A stretch of 64,000 nucleotides of DNA from the human T2T-CHM13v2.0 reference genome, Homo sapiens. How positions within the stretch are numbered: the first letter of the stretch is position 1; each line of letters starts with the position of its first letter. Under the pieces are notes generated by a model. It made no database searches, had not been told where the DNA came from, and saw nothing but the letters and a program-made list of their open reading frames with translations. Made by a program: the position numbers and the translations under genes. Of the stretch, positions 58,326 to 64,000 are shown in pieces. The stretch lies in assembly GCF_009914755.1 (NCBI RefSeq), contig NC_060936.1, one strand, 5' to 3'.

Positions 58326-59814
58326 TGTGGGAACGGCTCGCACTTTGTGAAGGCCTTTGAGCACCTAAAAAAGTGGACACAATAGTGGATAGGTCTGAGC
58401 CTTGACTATGTGGTTCCTTCTGGGGGTCAGCAGGTCACCCAGATGAAACAAACTTTCTCAGGGCCTTAACAAGTAATGAAGGTACAGCTTTGGTGACTGA
58501 GCGCTTCCCTTGGTATCAACTTCTCTTTCCAAAGAGCCTCAGGAGATGAGGCCACACATTCCCATTTTGCAGATGAGCAAACAGAAGTCCAAGATAGTTA
58601 CATAATTAGCATGCACCACTGGCTTGCTGAGGTAGAGGGCCATCATTTGAATTCACACATGGTAGATGAATTCTCCCACCGGGAGAGCCAGTCCCCAGGA
58701 TCAGGCCATAAATAACCTCGCTGCGTTCTGTCTTTGGGGGCTAAGCATTGCTGAAAATCACAAGGCTAGTCATGTTAGTCATGTTACCACACCTTGTTAT
58801 CCTAACAACTTAGGCTGCTGTAGAATAAGCTTGAATTCTCCTCACACTCCGAGTACTCTGGCTTCCCCTTGGGACGGACGCTGGGGCTGAGCTGCCAGGA
58901 GAGTTTTCCCTAAGTGTAGTGTATAACAGCCCAGTGGGTTAGGTGGGATCTGGTCCATCCTATGGCTTCTAGATAAACAGACAGGAGGAAAGATGGAGAT
59001 GTGATGGAAGGGAGAACTCTGCCAGCAGAGGTTTTTAAATACTAACATAAGTTGTGAAGGCCTCAGCGTTATTATGGGTCTTCCAAAAGAAGGAGAAAGG
59101 CCATTCTGCACCCTCTTCAGCTTTGCTCTCTGAACCGTGGGTTGGGGGATTTCCCCCAAAGCCTTCTTCTCTCCTCCATTCTAGTTCTAGTGCCTGAAAT
59201 GTTGCCCACAGTAGCGGCCAGTGCACGGCCTCTGGGTTTGTGTAGACTTGGGTTCAAATCCTGATTCTATAATTTGCTGACAAAGCAATCTTCCGCAAGA
59301 AAGTTAACCTCTTAGCTACTGTTTTGCACCTGTACAATGGTGGTAAGTCTCTTTGGCAGGGCTGTGGTGAATTCAGGGCACATAGTAGATACTCAACAAA
59401 TCTTTTTCACAGGGGTGAAGGATGATAACAGCTAACATTAAATGAGCACACTGTGCACCCCACACACTTTACTTGGACTATTTCATTTCATTCTCACAAC
59501 CACCCTATGGAGGTAGGTACCATTATTAGCTTCATATTGTAAAAACTGGGTGTTAAGAGGTAAAGCCAGGTGTCCACATGCCCATAGCTCATAGCAGGCA
59601 GAACCTGGCTCTGTGTCTGGCCTGTCTCCAAAGACCAGGCTCTTCGCTGTATTTAAAGTGCCTATCATAGCACCTGATACTCACCAGGCATATTAAATGA
59701 TGATAATTAGTATGAATTCAACAAACATATATATTGAGGGCAACTATGTGCCAGGCACTATTTACCCATAAAAATATCTAAACAAGTAACCTGGTCACAG
59801 GTGGGAGCACTACA

Positions 59815-60380
59815 CTGTTGCATCAGCCAGCTTTGGTCAGGGAAGTGGTACCACCGTGAGTGATGTGGAGGAAGGGATTGATTGCAGAGATTAGACCTTA
59901 TCCAGTTGTGGAAGCTGGTGAAGAATCTCTAGAAGGCTGCTGCCTCTGCATCTGAGGATGGGTGTGAAGTTGCCGTAATGCCAAAAGGCCGGAGGAAAGC
60001 AGGACATGATGTGGGAGAGAGTGAGGCCAAAGTGGAGCCCACAAGGACAAATAAAACCCTTGTTTGCCTTTCACCACTTCCGATCTCGACCATGAAACAT
60101 AAAGCTGGAATCTTGACTACAGAGCTGGACACGTACTTTGCCCAGGCCTCAGAGTAGCTGAAGGAGGAGATCTAGCAGGAGCTGGAGGAGCTGTGGGCTC
60201 CACCATCAGGGTGAGCCAGCAATTCGGTGACAATGAGCGCATGCTGCTGCTTCATGTCCACCTTCCAGAGGCTCCACAAATACCTGTTGTGGACAACCTT
60301 AACGCAGAACCACATAAGGAAGGCAATTCTGGGAAATAGGTTCCAGCTTAGTGAAGTTGACCTAATGCAAAACCACCACA
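59815..60380 (-). mobile_element. Old ERVL-type LTR (family uncertain)
   Basis: cagaaccacataaggaaggcaattctgggaaataggttccagctta...accaccaca resembles ERVL LTR termini. Confidence 0.45.
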
Positions 60381-62349
60381 CTGATGTTCCCATCGCTGGC
60401 CTTTGAGAAGGAACGGTTGTGCGTGGCCCTATGTGGAGATAAAGAAGGTAAGGTGTCAGAAGGCACATTTAAGCTGGGCTTTCTGACTCCACTCTTCCTA
60501 CTCTGGCTTGCTAATCAACTTTACCTGGTTTGAAATGCCCACCCTTATATACAGGCAATTATGTGGATTAGAAATTAAGGATGAAACATCTTCCCAAAAG
60601 GTCACTGTTAAGATTTACCCATCATCTTGGTGCTCCTAGCTCTCTACGACCAACACAGAGTGGCTGACACTTCAACCAGGCAGCTTGGATTGCAATGAGG
60701 ACAATGCAATGCATTTGGGCTGGAAACACTGCACAGGTAATTTTTGCAGGTGGGTGGCAGCATTTAGTGCTGAGTGGCTGTTGTGGTGGGCAGAGGGAGA
60801 GAAATAGAAGGGACACCTTGCAGACTTGATGGGAGACTTATTCTGAAGAGATTGATTAGCAGTGTTGTCCCTGGCTAGGCAGTGGGGGGAGGGCTCTGTG
60901 TCAAGAGGTGTGTGTGTGCTAAGGGAAGAGGAAGAGCCTGCTTGGCAACCTGGCTTTTCAAGCCTTGGACCAGACAGGGAAGAAGAAGAAGAAGAAGAAA
61001 CATTTACGTGTAATCCCACCTCCCAAAGACAGCTACTGTCAACACTTTTTTTCCCCACCTGCCCCAGATTGAGGATACTGTCAACATTTTGGTGTGAACC
61101 CTATTTAGTCTTTTCCCTAGTTCAAATATAAACCTGACTTTAAAAGGAAAATGAAATCATAGTGCCTGTAATATTTTCGTGACTTGTTTTTCTTTTAATG
61201 TAAATCATCTTTTTCCACGTTACTAATATTCTTCCTTAATATTGTTCATGTCTATGTAGAATTTAACTGTATGAATGCACTCTAGTTCATCTATGCGGTG
61301 GTTAAGAGCGTAGGCTCTGAAGACTGCTAGGGTTCAAATCCCAGGTCTTTCAACATCAACTGGCTGTGAAACATGGGCAAGTGAGTAAACGTTTCTGTGC
61401 TTTGGTTTCCTCACCGGTAAAATGTGGATAAAAGCAATTCCTTCACAGGGTTGTTTGGAGGAGCAAATGACTTTATGTATGTGAGGCACTTAGAATAATC
61501 TCTCAGTGTTATTATTTAACCAACATTTTTGTTGAATATTTAGTTCATTTCCAGGTTTTCACTCTTACAAATATACTGTAATTAACAAATTCAGTGCACT
61601 CTTAATTGCTTCCAAAGAAAATATCTGTGGTCACATTTAAAAATCTTTTCCAGAGTGAATCATGCACTCAACACAAATTGAGTGTCCATATGTACAAGGC
61701 ATTATGTTATGCACAAAGAATAAACACAGTTCTCTTCTTGAAGACACCTAAAATGTAGTAAGGAAGAGGAGAGAAAAAGGCTCATGCAAATATAAGCAAA
61801 ATACTATGCAGAAAGAGGGCACACATGAAGACCTATGGGAGATTCTTTAGCTGGAGAATCAAATCATTCAATGACAGAGAAATGCAGACTCCCTCCTCTG
61901 CTCCCACCACCTCCCAAATCCCCAAATCGGAATTCACAATGGTCTCCTTTTGTCATGTTGAGAATTTGTTACCTCGAAAGAGCACACCCAGGGCTGTGTT
62001 CCAAAGTTAAAAGCTGGGATATGGGCGTATACTGCAAGACCAAATATTTAGGAAATACCTTTTTCTGGAAAGGAAAGAACACATTTCACAGCTGAAAAGA
62101 GAAGTGAAAAATGAAACTAAAGAAGCGTGGAGGTAATATTTACTTGCTAGATTTATACAGTGCCTACCTTTAGAAAAGCTGGGCTATAAATCCTGCACGT
62201 GACCCCCTAACACACATACACTCTGTTCCCAGTGACTTGGCTCTTTGTGAATTATCTGCAGCATATTTTGCAATCATTTCACCCTGTTCATCTCCCTGCA
62301 GCCCTGCCCCCACCAGCTCACCCACACTTCACCCCTCAGAAGAATGAGT

Positions 62350-62607
62350 AAGATAATAGTAGAGACTGAGTTTGGTGTCAGATATGCCTGGGCTAAGTCC
62401 AGGCTCCACATTTACTCAGCTGGGTGACCCTGGACATTGTAATTCAAGTCTCGAAGTCTCAGTTTCCATATCTGTAAAATGGGGATAATCATGACGATAA
62501 CACATAGCTTATTGGATCGCAGTGAGGATTAAATAAGATAAAGGCTGTAAAGGGCCTATCACAGTACCTGGCACAGAGCACTCAGTAGTGTTAGCTATTA
62601 TTATTAT
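62350..62607 (+). mobile_element. MIR
   Basis: tctcagtttccatatctgtaaaatggggataat...gtgaggattaaataagata...cagtacctggcacagag...gttagctattattatt. Confidence 0.82.
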
Positions 62608-63024
62608 TCCTGCACTTGTGTGTAAAGGGGATGCAAACCAATTTTACTATTCATTTAAACAAATTATCAGCTACAGCAGCCTCTGAAACACAGGCCTATA
62701 ATGCATCCTAAAGTAAATGCGAAATATTTGAATTTGTGTCATTTCTAATTTTCTCTATTAAGTTGAAAATTGAGTATGAACACACCAGAATGGCAAAGAG
62801 GCCAGATTTCTCTTGTAACCAACAAAATTGAGATCGCTATTAACATTAGAATGAAGATGACCGAAACAGCTTAATACTTCTCCCAGGGGCACTTGCATTT
62901 TACACTGGGGCCAGAACCACTGGACAAAGGAAGGAAACAGGAGTGGTAAGGTTTCAGGTACCAAGGGACGGACAGATGCATTTTCATAGGGGGAATTGCA
63001 ACACTCCTGAAAGTATCTCAGGCA

Positions 63025-64000
63025 CTCACTCATTTATTCAATACATATTATGTACTTACTATCTGCCAGATACTGCTCTAGGCACTGGTGAACAAAATAG
63101 ATGAGACACCTGCCTTCATGGGGGTTACATTTTAGTGGGGGGATACAGACAATAAGCAATAAAGTTAATGAATAAGTAAACTATATAGTATGTTAGACAG
63201 GATTTCAGTAAGAGTAAGGGGAGATAGGGAGCGCTGTGGGGGTCTGTCAGTACTGAATCAGGATGAGGTCCTGGTGAGCCTCACTGAACAGGTGAGATTT
63301 GCGGAAAGCCTTGAAGAAGCCGAGGGAGTTTGTGTTTCAGGCAGTGGGAATAGCTAGAGCAAAGGCCTTACAATGTGCGTGTGTGTTGAGGGGTCATTCC
63401 TGGAGTGTCTGGGGCCCAGCCAGGAGGCTAGTGTATCCCGAGTGAGGGGGACAGCAGTAGGAGATGATGTAAGGGGATTTGTACTCAGCCATTCCTGTAG
63501 GTCACCACAAGGACCATGGCTTTTACTAAGTGAAATGGGTAACCATGGATGGTTTTGAGCAGAGGAGTGCTGGGATGTGATGTTTTAAATGGGTTACTCC
63601 GACTGCTGTATTGAGAAAATACCAGAGGGGAGAGGGAAGGTAGACCAGGGGGATCAGCCACAGGAGAAACCTGGGTGAAGGATGCTGGTTCAGCCCCAGG
63701 TGGTGGCAGTGCAGGAAATGAGAAGTGGTCAGGTTCTGAATTCACCTGAAGGTAGGGTCAACAGGATCTCCTGATGGACTAGACGTGGAATGATGAGAGA
63801 AAGGAGTCAAGAGTGACTCCAGGATTTTGAACTGAGCAACTAGAAGTATGGGATGGTCATCGACTGCGATGGGGAAGGCTGTGTGAGGAGGAGCAGGCTT
63901 TGAAGAGATCAGGAATCCAGTGTTTGGATGTATTAGGCTTGAAATGTCTATCAGACGGAGTCAGCTGTAGTCTGGAATTCAGGAGAGAGGTCTGGGCTGG
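63025..64000 (-). mobile_element. L2 LINE (about 1 kb, running off the window)
   Basis: cactcatttattcaa...tgccagatactgctctaggcactgg 3' end; ggatggttttgagcagaggag; tggaattcaggagagaggtctgggctgg. Confidence 0.82.

Overview
Human genomic DNA (a human-specific AluYb8 is present). It contains the 5' end of DCP1B (mRNA-decapping enzyme 1B) on the minus strand: a CpG-island promoter and coding exons 1-3 (16559-16410, 10103-10063, 5507-5380) with canonical GT/AG boundaries and consistent reading phases, encoding residues 1-106 of the N-terminal EVH1-type domain. From recall of the 12p13.33 locus, not from the sequence, the whole window should also lie in the first intron of the long CACNA1C isoform on the + strand. 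The rest is intronic or intergenic and rich in repeats: 15 Alus, hAT and Tigger DNA-transposon fossils, MaLR/ERVL LTRs, and MIR, L2, L3 and L1 fragments. Repeat family names are recognised by eye and boundaries are approximate unless TSDs are quoted. Nearly all other ORFs in the track are chance or Alu-derived. I found no evidence of a wholly new multi-gene system. The most notable observations are: (1) a 59/60-identical copy of part of DCP1B exon 3 in intron 3, with template-switch-like junctions and inside a candidate cryptic terminal exon; (2) two Alus flanking the DCP1B promoter that share rare variants, suggesting gene conversion; (3) an orphan CpG island near 47 kb with divergent CTCF motifs; (4) an RFX-type palindrome and an overlapping uORF at the DCP1B 5' end; (5) a 56-bp minisatellite at an Alu junction; (6) a young AluYb8 with target-site duplications (TSDs).
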